Part shown: one piece after another, positions 28,535 through 38,409 of the stretch
Numbering within the stretch: the stretch's first letter is position 1
How the letters are laid out: each line of letters begins with the position of its first letter
Virus record (IMG/VR): IMGVR_UViG_3300001688_000696
Strand: one strand, 5' to 3'
DNA: 64,000 bases
Origin: a virus
Taxonomy: Duplodnaviria; Heunggongvirae; Uroviricota; Caudoviricetes
Made by a program: the position numbers and the translations under genes
Notes under the pieces: model-generated
What the model saw: the letters and a program-made list of their open reading frames with translations, nothing else
Database searches by the model: none
What the model was told of the DNA's origin: nothing

Positions 28535-30730
28535 ATGAGCTTTGAAAAATTCATGGTTGTCGGTTACGAAGGCAACATGGTCAAGGTCAAAAAAAACAAT
28601 GATGACCCGACCAATGATGTAGGAAAGATTTTGTATATTCCACAAAATCAATCCTTCGCACTGGTGATAAAACCAGAGGTGGTCGCGTTGAATTCGCCCA
28701 TCTTCGAAGATACGCTCTCCGAGGCCAATGTTGGCCTGGTTCAAAGCTATAAGCTGCTGGAAACAAGCAAGCGGTGCTACATTTGTCAGTGGCTTTTTTA
28801 TAAAAAGGGTGATTACGTTAATCCCGGTTCGGCAGCAACACTGCCGGAAATTGGCAGTTTTGCGTTTGAACTCACTGATACCGAAAATACCGGGTTTACC
28901 GCGTTCCCGGATTTCAGCGGCTTGATTGGCATTTACGCGCCAATGGTTGTAGAACACGGGCTGGTTGACAAACATCTGGATTTTTTGGCAGGACTTCCGT
29001 ATCAGCCGGAAAAGTTTGTTTACGAACTGGTTGTGCAGGTTTTGCAGTACGCCATTCGCCAGCGAAACACCAGAGTCATTTCACTGGTTGACAATCTTTT
29101 GCGGTATGAGCATTACTACAACCTGGTCATGAAGTATCAGGAATCTCATCCGGTTGAAAGTCAGGTCGTCACGGTGGAAGATGGGAATATCAAAGCCGTC
29201 CACTACGACATGCCGGGGGTGGGGAATATTGGCAAGGTTGCAACCAAAAACGGCGTTATTTATGGCTCAGTGATGGATGTCAGCTTCTCGTTTGACCCCA
29301 TTCAGCTCGGGGAACGCACACTGGAGCTGCTGCGGCGCTGTTTGGTTATCAAAAATGTCACGTATAAGCCGATGGTGTACCTGCCAAACGGTTCAGCAAA
29401 CCCGGAAATTGCTATTCGGGAATATCCCGAATACGGTACAAGGGTCAACGCCATTTCTGAAAAAGATATTCAAATTCTGTATCCTGGAACTGGCCGGCTC
29501 GGTCATACTGGCAAGTACGAAATTCATTTTGATGTCGAAAAACTGTGCGAGCGTTCGTTTGGCGTATTCGGCAAGTCCGGTACGGGTAAGTCAACGCTTG
29601 TCCAGTTACTTGCTCTGGAAATCATCGGAAAGCACAAAAATGGTGTGGCTCTGATTTTCGATGAGCATACCGAGCTGGCGAAAACCCACAAGGCGGCGGG
29701 CGGCATCATCAAGCGCGGCTTGCAGGATGTTTTCCCGGATAAGGTGCGAACGGTAGCTTTTGGTAAGGCGACTTACAACACGCCCGACGGGGTGCAGCAT
29801 CAGGCGGATACGACCATCAAAATCCCGCTGTCGGAGATTACGGAAGAAGATATTCTCTCTGCAAAAGAGGAACTGCGATTGACGAAGTACGCGCCGGTGA
29901 TTATCTCGGCTGTGCGCCGCCTGTTGGAAAAGGAATGGAAGGGCGAATACGGCAGTCTGGTGGAAGCACTGCTGTTCATGAAGCCTGACCACAAAGAAGA
30001 ACTGGTCAAGGGGTCGGATGTCGTAGAAAACCCGGTGAACGAGTACGGCCTAAATGCCCTTCAGGTCAAGTTGAAGCGGGTGTTCCTGTCCAAGAGTGAT
30101 GAACTGAAAGATACGTTCACCGACAAACCGGAAGGCGAAATTAAGAACTCCATCTCGACTATTGTGGAGTGGTTGAAAGCCGGGCAGTCGGTAATCGTTA
30201 ACTCGCCGTCCGATAGTTCCATTCTGGTCGTCAATATGATTTTCCGGCTGGTAATTGATGAGTGGAAAGAAAAGAAACCGCGCCAGTTGGTCATCTTCCT
30301 CGAAGAAGCCCACCGGCTTATCCCCCCGGATAACGAAACGCTGGTTAGCGTGGTCGCCCGTGAAATGCGCAAGTATGGCGCTACGCTGGCGATTATAGAC
30401 CAGACCCCGAAGAAGATTGACAGCGATACGGTCAAGCAAATCGGGACATATTTTGTGTTCCCGTTGGACTACTCAGAAGCGAGCTGCGGTGTAATGCCCG
30501 AAGGTACGCCGGTCTCCGAAGTCCTGTCCAAACTGGGGCAGTTTGGGGAAGCCTACGTTCATGGTAGCGCCTTCCTAGTTCCAACCTTTGTCAAGGTGTG
30601 GGAATATCAAGAGATTTCAAAGATAATCATGGAAGAACACCAGAAGGAATTGGGGCTGGAAGGCTTGGGCACAAAGAAAAAGAACCCGCTGTCTAGCTTT
30701 TATTCCACGAGCAAAAAAGCGGGTCTCTAA
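28535..30730 (+). CDS. herA: HerA helicase/translocase, with apparently two N-terminal HAS-barrel-like segments
   Basis: GVFGKSGTGKST, LIFDEH, IFLEEAHRLIP, AREMRKYGATLAIIDQTP. Confidence 0.85.
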   Translation: MSFEKFMVVGYEGNMVKVKKNNDDPTNDVGKILYIPQNQSFALVIKPEVVALNSPIFEDTLSEANVGLVQSYKLLETSKRCYICQWLFYKKGDYVNPGSAATLPEIGSFAFELTDTENTGFTAFPDFSGLIGIYAPMVVEHGLVDKHLDFLAGLPYQPEKFVYELVVQVLQYAIRQRNTRVISLVDNLLRYEHYYNLVMKYQESHPVESQVVTVEDGNIKAVHYDMPGVGNIGKVATKNGVIYGSVMDVSFSFDPIQLGERTLELLRRCLVIKNVTYKPMVYLPNGSANPEIAIREYPEYGTRVNAISEKDIQILYPGTGRLGHTGKYEIHFDVEKLCERSFGVFGKSGTGKSTLVQLLALEIIGKHKNGVALIFDEHTELAKTHKAAGGIIKRGLQDVFPDKVRTVAFGKATYNTPDGVQHQADTTIKIPLSEITEEDILSAKEELRLTKYAPVIISAVRRLLEKEWKGEYGSLVEALLFMKPDHKEELVKGSDVVENPVNEYGLNALQVKLKRVFLSKSDELKDTFTDKPEGEIKNSISTIVEWLKAGQSVIVNSPSDSSILVVNMIFRLVIDEWKEKKPRQLVIFLEEAHRLIPPDNETLVSVVAREMRKYGATLAIIDQTPKKIDSDTVKQIGTYFVFPLDYSEASCGVMPEGTPVSEVLSKLGQFGEAYVHGSAFLVPTFVKVWEYQEISKIIMEEHQKELGLEGLGTKKKNPLSSFYSTSKKAGL

Positions 30731-30763
30731 TTATTTTATACTAATTATACGGATTGGTGGACT

Positions 30764-31228
30764 ATGGAACGGGCAATTGGCATTTATCGGTGCGTGAAAT
30801 ATAGACCAAAAGCCGGGGAACCTTACATTCTGACTTTGTATTTTCGTATTGTTCCCGGACTTCTGGCATCCAAAAAAATTATCACCTATCTTGAACCATG
30901 GCTAGCCTCGCTGCTGGGGGATGACACCTTTTCCTTTGTCGCTCTGATTAAGAACGACAAGGGAATTTGGGCGAAATATACAACCGAAAGTGGTATCGGC
31001 TTCCGGGTTCTGGTGAACGGCGGGAACGCTGACCGGAGGAATGGAGTGATTTTCTACAGTCAGAATGAATCTGCACTGGACGACATCATTTCAAATATCA
31101 CAAAAGAATTCGGTATTGAAGCAGAAGAAGCCGACGACATTGATGATGGCGGCGTTTCCTTAGACGAACAGGCAGTTGAAGTTGTAGAAACGAACAACAT
31201 CACCTTACTATTCCCAATTTCGAGGTAG
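30764..31228 (+). CDS. Hypothetical protein
   Basis: 154 aa with SD GGTGG and a promoter motif upstream. Confidence 0.6.
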   Translation: MERAIGIYRCVKYRPKAGEPYILTLYFRIVPGLLASKKIITYLEPWLASLLGDDTFSFVALIKNDKGIWAKYTTESGIGFRVLVNGGNADRRNGVIFYSQNESALDDIISNITKEFGIEAEEADDIDDGGVSLDEQAVEVVETNNITLLFPISR

Positions 31229-31232
31229 GATA

Positions 31233-32105
31233 ATGATACACCCTGATTTCACCCATCTGCCGTCATACAGTTTTTTCTTTGGAGATAATCTGTCCCTGCT
31301 GAAATCCCTGCCGGACGAGTCGGTGGCTTTGATATATATTGACCCGCCCTTTAACAGCGGCAAGGTTCAAAAGCGGGTCAACGCCAAAGCGATTGCCGTG
31401 GATGCAGAACAATCGGAGCGCGTCGGATTTCAAGGAAAAAATTACGTTTTAGAAGTCAGCGGAGAAAACAGTTATAACGATAGCTTTGACGATTTTCTCG
31501 GCTTTATTCGTCCTCGCATGGAGGAAGCGCACCGGGTTTTGAAGCCCAATGGGGCGCTGTATTTCCACATCGACTATCGAGAAGTCCACTACTGCAAGGT
31601 GATGCTGGATGAGGTTTTCGGGCGCGAAAACTTCTTGAACGAAATCATCTGGGCGTATGACTATGGGGCGAAAACCAAAAGCCGCTGGCCGGTCAAGCAC
31701 CAGAATATTTTGTACTACGTCAAAGACCGGGATAATTATGTGTTCCATCAGGAACGCTGCGACCGTATCCCCTACATGGCACCGGGACTGGTGACAAGCG
31801 AAAAGGCACAGGCAGGTAAAGTCCCGACTGATGTCTGGTGGCTGACCATTGTCAGCCCGATGGGGAAGGAAAAAACCGGCTACCCGTCCCAGAAACCGGA
31901 AAAGTTGCTCCAGCGCATTATCGAAGTCTGTTCGGAAGAAGGCGATGTGGTGCTGGACTTCTTTGCCGGGTCAGGCACAACGGGAGCAGTCGCTTATAAA
32001 CTAAAGCGAAAGTTCATCATGGCAGATAACAATCCAGAGGCGTTGGAAGTCATTCGTAAGCGGCTGGATGCCTGCGGTTGCCCTGCTGCGTATTTCGACC
32101 TCTAA
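31233..32105 (+). CDS. Beta-class site-specific DNA methyltransferase
   Basis: IYIDPPFNSG, FLNEIIWAYDYG, GYPSQKPEKLL, LDFFAGSGTT. Confidence 0.88.
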   Translation: MIHPDFTHLPSYSFFFGDNLSLLKSLPDESVALIYIDPPFNSGKVQKRVNAKAIAVDAEQSERVGFQGKNYVLEVSGENSYNDSFDDFLGFIRPRMEEAHRVLKPNGALYFHIDYREVHYCKVMLDEVFGRENFLNEIIWAYDYGAKTKSRWPVKHQNILYYVKDRDNYVFHQERCDRIPYMAPGLVTSEKAQAGKVPTDVWWLTIVSPMGKEKTGYPSQKPEKLLQRIIEVCSEEGDVVLDFFAGSGTTGAVAYKLKRKFIMADNNPEALEVIRKRLDACGCPAAYFDL

Positions 32106-32227
32106 AATCACCATCAAAATCACAAAACTTGAAAAGAGCGCATAATTTGCGCTCTTTTTGTTTCCTAATCGTGCGCGTATAAGTAGAAAACCGTCCTTTG
32201 AATAACAGGTTTTTCAGGAGGTTTTCG

Positions 32228-33109
32228 ATGATATGCAACGAAGAAGTCGCCAAAATTATTCGGTTCTTGAAGTTGGGTTCTAACGTTTCTGATGAAATTG
32301 TGGAACGTTATGCCCGCCGCGCTGCCAACGCGGTTATTCATATTGGCGACAAACTCAAACCAGAACTGGCGGAACTGCTTCACGACAAGCTGCTGGATGG
32401 CGACCCCCGGACACGCTACCACGTTGCTTTTATGCTCGGCAGCATTCCCAGCAAACAATCTGCACAGATTTTAGGGAAAGCGCTTCGGGCGTTTGAAAAC
32501 GATAAAAGTTTTTGCGCCAAGGCATTTGAAAGTCTGGTGCGCCTTGACAAAGATGGAGAAGATGTCCTCCGGTCGCATATGGCTGCGGGGCGGCACAGCG
32601 AGGAGATTGCTTCTGCAATTGTCGAATGCGCCGAGACATATCGGGTGATGCTCCCTATGCACCGGCAGATGCTTGAAGAATTGGCGGTGAGTCTGACTGA
32701 CCCCAAAGGTCGGGAAATTGCTATCAATTATCTTGTTAAGCAGTCCAATCCGCCCATTGGTAAGTTTTATGATGCGTTCAAGACAAAATCGAAAAACCTG
32801 CTGCTGTCGAAACGGCTGCGAGAAGATATGGTCAAGGCAATTTTCAGCACCTATCTTTACCAGAACGACATTTACCGCACTTTTGGCACGTCAACGATGA
32901 GTGCGAATGAAAAACGGCAGGTCGTCAACCGGCTTGTGACCTGCCGTGAATTGCTGAGTAAAATTGAAGCGGCCGGCGGCGATATGGGTAAACTGGCGAG
33001 TGATTATTTGAAGCGGTTGCCACCTTATGATAAAAACGTCAGCACTTATCTAGACCGCATTGGAAACGTAGGTTTGTTTAAAGTGGTTTCCGGTGTAGTC
33101 AACGCCTAA
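32228..33109 (+). CDS. HEAT-repeat-like alpha-helical protein
   Basis: LLDGDPRTRYHVAFMLGSI...AQILGKAL. Confidence 0.55.
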   Translation: MICNEEVAKIIRFLKLGSNVSDEIVERYARRAANAVIHIGDKLKPELAELLHDKLLDGDPRTRYHVAFMLGSIPSKQSAQILGKALRAFENDKSFCAKAFESLVRLDKDGEDVLRSHMAAGRHSEEIASAIVECAETYRVMLPMHRQMLEELAVSLTDPKGREIAINYLVKQSNPPIGKFYDAFKTKSKNLLLSKRLREDMVKAIFSTYLYQNDIYRTFGTSTMSANEKRQVVNRLVTCRELLSKIEAAGGDMGKLASDYLKRLPPYDKNVSTYLDRIGNVGLFKVVSGVVNA

Positions 33110-33916
33110 AGACTGGCAGTTCGGACAGAAATGCGTGGAGCGCCCGTTCAGCTTGATGAGTTGAATGGGCGTTTTGCATTTGGGGCAGGGCAGACCGGTT
33201 CTGTTATATACGTTCAGGTAATCCTGATAATGCCCGCCGCGATGGACGCTTTCCAGGCTGGTGCCTTCGTGGTCAATGCTGTCCTGCAAAATTTGCCGGA
33301 TGGCTGCGACAAGTTGTTCGACCTGTCCTTCGGACAAAGCCGAAGATTTGGTGCGAGGGTGGATGCCGGCCGCGAACAGGATTTCATCAGCGTAGATGTT
33401 GCCAATCCCGGCGATGATACTCTGGTCAGTCAGCGCACCTTTGATGTTGCGGTTGGTTGAATTGAGTTTGTTAAATAAGCCAATTGCGTTCAAGTCAGGG
33501 CTGAGCGGCTCGACCCCTAACTGAGAGAACGCCGCTTCACAGTCATCCACCAGCCGGGCTTGAGCAAGCCCCTGCACATCATCGATGTCCAACCGGCGCT
33601 CGTTGTCTAATTTTAAAGACAGCCGGGTAGCCCAGCCGACCGGTTTGCCGCTGTTTCTCATGTTCAAATTGCCGGTCAGCTTCAGGTGGACAATCAGATA
33701 TTTTCCGTTGGACAGCGAAAAAACGATTTGCTTCCCGCGCCGAAAGGCCTTTGTGATTTTGTTTCCAGATATTCCGATATTCAGGGTGGGGGAGGAGATT
33801 TCGCCGTGCAAAATCCGGGCATCTGAAACCAGCACAGAAAGGATGGTTCTCCCAACCACCAAACCAGAAGCGTTGATTCTTCGGACAACGGTTTCAATTT
33901 CGGGCAGCTCAGGCAT
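33050..33916 (-). CDS. mutM: Formamidopyrimidine-DNA glycosylase
   Basis: N-terminal (M)PELPEIE, RRGKQI, HLKLTG, IAGIGNIYADEILF, C4 zinc finger CPKC...CPNCQ. ATG 33916 overlaps the recX stop. Confidence 0.95.
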   Translation of the reverse strand: MPELPEIETVVRRINASGLVVGRTILSVLVSDARILHGEISSPTLNIGISGNKITKAFRRGKQIVFSLSNGKYLIVHLKLTGNLNMRNSGKPVGWATRLSLKLDNERRLDIDDVQGLAQARLVDDCEAAFSQLGVEPLSPDLNAIGLFNKLNSTNRNIKGALTDQSIIAGIGNIYADEILFAAGIHPRTKSSALSEGQVEQLVAAIRQILQDSIDHEGTSLESVHRGGHYQDYLNVYNRTGLPCPKCKTPIQLIKLNGRSTHFCPNCQSLGVDYTGNHFKQTYVSNAV

Positions 33917-34964
33917 CGTACCCCCAATCTTCTTCGTCACTACCGGAAAATAGCTGGTCGATGGCTTCCCGGATGATGTCGTAGCCGATTCCCTTACCAG
34001 CAAGGAACTGGTACAGCTTTTGTTTTGCCTTCAGGGGATGAATGTCCCCATACTGCTGTTTTTTCTTGCGAACTAATTCCAGCACCTCGGTCAGCTCGTA
34101 TTCCTTTTGGGGCTTTTCCTTGACAACCGGCTGTTTGGGCGCTTCAGGTGGATTATCGAACTTCATCTGCTGCATGACATCCTTAGCCAGGTCGGGGGGG
34201 ATGTGGCGGCTAATCAGAAATTGATAGACCTTACGGCGAGCGGATTGCAGAGTCTCACCAGCGAGCTTGTCTTTCTTCTCATTCGCCAGCCGCAGAACTT
34301 CTTCAAAATCGAAATCGTTATCATCGGGCGTATAATCTATGTTTTCATCGCTTCCAATGGTTTCGTTTACCGCCCATTCCACATCGGCGTAATCGAAACC
34401 TCGCCCAATAAGGTACTGCGTCAACTTCTGGCGGGCAGCATTGCGGGGCAGGTTTTTGTACAGCCGCAGCCTTTTTTCTGCCACCTTCAAAATCACATCC
34501 CGGTCATCGAGTTGAGAAACATGATTTTCGATGACATCATTATCGACACCTTTGAGTTTCAATTTGTTGGCGATAGCACGGCGGCTTTTCCAATTGCTTT
34601 CCGATTCAATTTCTGTGTAAAGTTCTGCAAACTGTTCATCTGTTGGAATCAGCCCAATTTCCAGCATTCGCTGGATAACCCGTTCGATAATTTCGGGGTC
34701 ATATTCTTTCTTTTCGAGCTTCTTCCGAACCTGTGCAGCAGTTTTCCACGCCTTTTCGACAATATTCAGCGTGTACGCATAGCAGGAGTAGTACGAATCT
34801 TCTTTCTTGATTTCTTCAATCTGGGCTTTAGTAAGTTCCATGCCCCGATGAAGAGAGAATTTGTAGATAGTTTCGATTTGCAAACCAAAGGCAAACTCAT
34901 CGTCAATATAGACATTCGCCCGGTTTTCGTTCTTTTGTTGTGCTACCAGTCGAGTAATTTTCAT
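33909..34964 (-). CDS. recX: RecX regulatory protein with extra C-terminal repeat
   Basis: MKITRLVAQQKNENRANVYIDDEFAFG, QVRKKLEKKEY, IANKLKLKGV, three KL(Y/T)Q(F/Y)L..(R/K)G-type repeats. Confidence 0.85.
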   Translation of the reverse strand: MKITRLVAQQKNENRANVYIDDEFAFGLQIETIYKFSLHRGMELTKAQIEEIKKEDSYYSCYAYTLNIVEKAWKTAAQVRKKLEKKEYDPEIIERVIQRMLEIGLIPTDEQFAELYTEIESESNWKSRRAIANKLKLKGVDNDVIENHVSQLDDRDVILKVAEKRLRLYKNLPRNAARQKLTQYLIGRGFDYADVEWAVNETIGSDENIDYTPDDNDFDFEEVLRLANEKKDKLAGETLQSARRKVYQFLISRHIPPDLAKDVMQQMKFDNPPEAPKQPVVKEKPQKEYELTEVLELVRKKKQQYGDIHPLKAKQKLYQFLAGKGIGYDIIREAIDQLFSGSDEEDWGYDA

Positions 34965-35081
34965 GCATTTCTCCGCAACAAAGTCTTTAAGTGATTATAG
35001 GAACGAAATTGCATAAACCGTTTGTTAATTGGACGGGGGCGTCATACAAACAGACGATACATGTTTTTTAGGCAGGAATGA

Positions 35082-35432
35082 ATGAGATGCAGTAAGGAAA
35101 CTTTTAAGATAAAAGAAATTGTTAAGTTGTTGGGCGGGAATGATGTGATGACTACCATCCGAAATCGACTTATAACCGAGGAAATACACCTGCTCCAAGA
35201 AATATCGAACAAAACCACGCAATTCGCCATAGACATGGGTTGTGGCGCACTGGCGAGGATGATGGATACGGAAACTGGTAGGGAAGAACTGAACGAAATC
35301 TCAATGTGGATAAAACCTGAGTTTCAAGTTCAGGTGCGGTTTGAACTATCTGCCAAGATAGATGGCTATGTCCCGACGAATCGTAAGGGAGTGAAGCACC
35401 GCCCGCTGAAGCGGGTGGTTTTCAGGCCGTAG
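35082..35432 (+). CDS. Hypothetical protein
   Basis: ORF only. Confidence 0.5.
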   Translation: MRCSKETFKIKEIVKLLGGNDVMTTIRNRLITEEIHLLQEISNKTTQFAIDMGCGALARMMDTETGREELNEISMWIKPEFQVQVRFELSAKIDGYVPTNRKGVKHRPLKRVVFRP

Positions 35433-35473
35433 AGTCTATAAATATTCAGCCGTTTGAAGCAGCGTCATCGCTC

Positions 35474-36118
35474 ATGCCTCGTATGGTTATCCGAGGGAAG
35501 GTGCGGAATATTTTGAAAATGTCGGCAAAATTAAAAAAGCGAACCGTCCATCCTGCCATTCGTCCAGGTGATTATGATGATATGGCGTTCTATGCCATTG
35601 TGCGGGCGACCGAAAATTATTTGAAAAGGAAGTCTCGTAACTATGTAGAAGCAGAGCTTCAGCCTGACAACGACCTTACTACAAAAAAGGTGCGCTGGTT
35701 CCATGCCAGTCCGAGGAAATTACCCAAGGGAACGATACTCACACCTGGTCACAAACCATCCGGTAATTGGAGTGAAAAGAACATGGTCTTTTTATCGTCC
35801 TCACCGCAGCCGCACCATACGATTGTGTCGACCATTCTTGAAGACGAAAAAACCACGTGGCATATATATGAGGTGGAACCTTTAGGCAAAATATTTATGG
35901 GAGAGTGGCAGGATGGTGCGGTAGATAAGGCAATGGTGGTGCGTTATATTGGCACGGCAAGGGGCTTACTCAACCGCATATTTCCGCATCAGCTTGTGAG
36001 GATGAAACGCTATCACAGCATTGGGTCGGTGGTGCGAGGCATTGAAATCAAAAACGGTCGCCGGAAGGTGAAAGCGCACCGTAACCGCATGAAAGAAAAG
36101 GCAAAGCAAAATAGATAG
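35474..36118 (+). CDS. Arr-like (rifampin ADP-ribosyltransferase family) ART-domain protein
   Basis: WFHASPRKLPKGTILTPG, VFLSSS, HIYEVEPLG, MVVRYIG align with Arr motifs FYHGT..L..GDLL.PG / IYFT / VYIVEPTG. Confidence 0.55.
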   Translation: MPRMVIRGKVRNILKMSAKLKKRTVHPAIRPGDYDDMAFYAIVRATENYLKRKSRNYVEAELQPDNDLTTKKVRWFHASPRKLPKGTILTPGHKPSGNWSEKNMVFLSSSPQPHHTIVSTILEDEKTTWHIYEVEPLGKIFMGEWQDGAVDKAMVVRYIGTARGLLNRIFPHQLVRMKRYHSIGSVVRGIEIKNGRRKVKAHRNRMKEKAKQNR

Positions 36119-36222
36119 TTTTGTAAGGTACAAAAACCAGACTGCGCATAGTTGTAGTCTGGTTTTGGATGTGTAGACAAAAAGGGGGGGCGGTAACTCC
36201 ACCCCTTTTTGTTGATGACTTT

Positions 36223-36399
36223 CTATTTCTTTGGCTCTGGCATCACGGGGACTTTATCCAGTGCGCCTTCAATGGTGTTCGCCGTTTTTTGGTTGGTTTT
36301 GAGGAGACCAGAAAAAATAATCGCGGCGAACGCGACAGCGACCAGCCCCAGGATGATGTAACTGATGGTTTCCATTCCCGTGCGATTTTTGATAAACAT
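36223..36399 (-). CDS. Flp-type pilin 2
   Basis: MFIKNRTG|METISYIILGLVAVAFAAIIF; SD AAGGAG. Confidence 0.7.
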   Translation of the reverse strand: MFIKNRTGMETISYIILGLVAVAFAAIIFSGLLKTNQKTANTIEGALDKVPVMPEPKK

Positions 36400-36418
36400 G
36401 GCTTGCTCCTTTCCGGCG

Positions 36419-36934
36419 TTAGTTACTGATGATTTCAACAGAACTGATGCTGTAAACAGATGTTTCGAGATTCAACCCACTCAATAATGGCATTTCGATA
36501 AGCGCCGGTATATTCATGCGAATGACGACTACAAACGGCTGGCGATAGTTGTATAGTCCATTTGTCCCTTTAATGGAGTTATCGCAATTCGATGCCTGTT
36601 GGATACAACCGTTGATGTCTCTAGCCGACCAGTTGACCTGAAATTCGCCTTTGTTAGCGGCGCTACCGCTTCTTAACTTAATGAAGGCTGTATCACCATA
36701 ACTGGCGACAATCACATTGCGTGCGTAATCACCGCTGCCATCTTCGTGGGTCGCTAGATAACGGGCTGCTACATCCGCCGCTGTCGCCATGCGCATTTTT
36801 GTGAACGCCTGGAACATGATGTTCATGCTCATGAACACGAGGAACAGGAAGAAGGCGATAGTCAGCACAGATGTTGCGGCATCATTGGCTGTTACACGAC
36901 TTTCGTTGTTGACAATCTTTGAACGTAGAAACAT
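36419..36934 (-). CDS. TadE-like pseudopilin
   Basis: N-terminal TM followed by ATAADVAARYLA. Confidence 0.65.
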   Translation of the reverse strand: MFLRSKIVNNESRVTANDAATSVLTIAFFLFLVFMSMNIMFQAFTKMRMATAADVAARYLATHEDGSGDYARNVIVASYGDTAFIKLRSGSAANKGEFQVNWSARDINGCIQQASNCDNSIKGTNGLYNYRQPFVVVIRMNIPALIEMPLLSGLNLETSVYSISSVEIISN

Positions 36935-36947
36935 GGTTCAACCACCT

Positions 36948-37556
36948 TTATTCCCACGGCAACTGACCTGGCTTTGGCGTATTATCCAGAACGGACAGGT
37001 TCGCCTCTCCCATTGCCTTTACGGTAACATTGCCCATAATGAACCCTGGCACGTAAACTTCAGCGGTGAGTAACACTCCCACATAGGGTGTGCCTGGATA
37101 AAACGTATAAACCCCACCTTCTGTTGAATACTCTGGGTTGATAGATTCCGCCGGAACGTAATCAAAAGAGATTTGCGTACCATCACTGTCGAATTTCCCG
37201 TAAGCCCGCACCACTGGACTACTGGTAAATTTGCACTTTGTTTCCGGGCAAACGAGTTTGCTGTAGGATTCGTAATATTTTTTCCAACCCTTTTCGCCTT
37301 CTCCACTTGATACTACGCTCGCATCAAAAATGGCGTTCCCGTGTTCCTGTGCGTATTGAAAATCACGTCCCTGAGATAATGTGTAAAGCGCCATCCCTTT
37401 TGCGAAGCGTGTCAGCTCGTTATGCACAGTCAGGACATAGAACATGTCGCTAAAGCCGACAAACATGAAGGTCAACAAGCTAATCAGCATGACCTGTACA
37501 GCGATGGATGAGCCGTTGATGCGAGGGATAGATGGAGAAATTGTCCTAAGAAACAT
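36948..37556 (-). CDS. TadE/TadG-like pseudopilin
   Basis: RING|SSIAVQVMLISLLTFMFVGFSDMFY...ELTRFAKGMALY. Confidence 0.55.
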   Translation of the reverse strand: MFLRTISPSIPRINGSSIAVQVMLISLLTFMFVGFSDMFYVLTVHNELTRFAKGMALYTLSQGRDFQYAQEHGNAIFDASVVSSGEGEKGWKKYYESYSKLVCPETKCKFTSSPVVRAYGKFDSDGTQISFDYVPAESINPEYSTEGGVYTFYPGTPYVGVLLTAEVYVPGFIMGNVTVKAMGEANLSVLDNTPKPGQLPWE

Positions 37557-38382
37557 TTACCTCAGCCTCTTTTCTGCTGTTGATATTTTTGTTGCGTAAT
37601 ACCAGCACGGCAACAACCAGCCCAACCAGAGAAAGAACACCCGGAATCCATAACATCCATGCGTTTGCAATTGCGCCGTAGATGATGCTGGTCAGCATGG
37701 TCGCCACCATCATGAGCGGGATAAGCGGAATGGGCGTTTCACCCTGTGCATCCAGCGGGGCATCCGGGTAGAGTTCCTGAATGCGCATTGCCATCGGCGT
37801 GTTTTTGGCGGTCGGGTCAGTCAGTTCAAAGTAGAAGGCGTACACCAAATATAGGAAATTCTTCGTCTTGTTCTGGAAGCGGGAGATAATCTTTGCGCCA
37901 AGCATCAGGAAGTAAAGCACGGTCAGCACAATGATAAAGACCATGTATCCTTCAACGCCGAAGAACGCCATATTCGTGTACAGGATGTTGAAATCCGACT
38001 CGCCCCGGCGCGGCATGGAGAACGCTAATGACCACAGAAAACCCATAATGGCAATTTGCACTGTTTGTTCCATCGGGAACCAGCCCATTGCGAGAGACGC
38101 TATTGCCACACTGACGAACACCAGACCACCAGCAATTTGCACAGGTCGAACTTCGTACAGGAAGTAGCTCCACAGGAAGAAAACCCAGTAGGCTGCCAGC
38201 GCAAACCAATAACCGCGCAGGACGTAAGAAATCGTGGTGATGATAATAAACGCCCACGCCATTTTGACGGTCAATGCACGGTGCTTGAAGTCCTGGTCGG
38301 ATGCGACAATCAGGCAGTACCCGTAAACACCAGCGAGAATAGCGTATAGAATTTTCACAATCAAAGGCAAATCAGTCAGCAT
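37546..38382 (-). CDS. A24-family prepilin peptidase
   Basis: Multi-TM; ASDQDFKHR (first Asp motif) and RGESDFNIL (GxxD); within the pilin cluster. Confidence 0.65.
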   Translation of the reverse strand: MLTDLPLIVKILYAILAGVYGYCLIVASDQDFKHRALTVKMAWAFIIITTISYVLRGYWFALAAYWVFFLWSYFLYEVRPVQIAGGLVFVSVAIASLAMGWFPMEQTVQIAIMGFLWSLAFSMPRRGESDFNILYTNMAFFGVEGYMVFIIVLTVLYFLMLGAKIISRFQNKTKNFLYLVYAFYFELTDPTAKNTPMAMRIQELYPDAPLDAQGETPIPLIPLMMVATMLTSIIYGAIANAWMLWIPGVLSLVGLVVAVLVLRNKNINSRKEAEVNVS

Positions 38383-38409
38383 GTTTCTATATCCTTTTTA
38401 GAATGAGAA

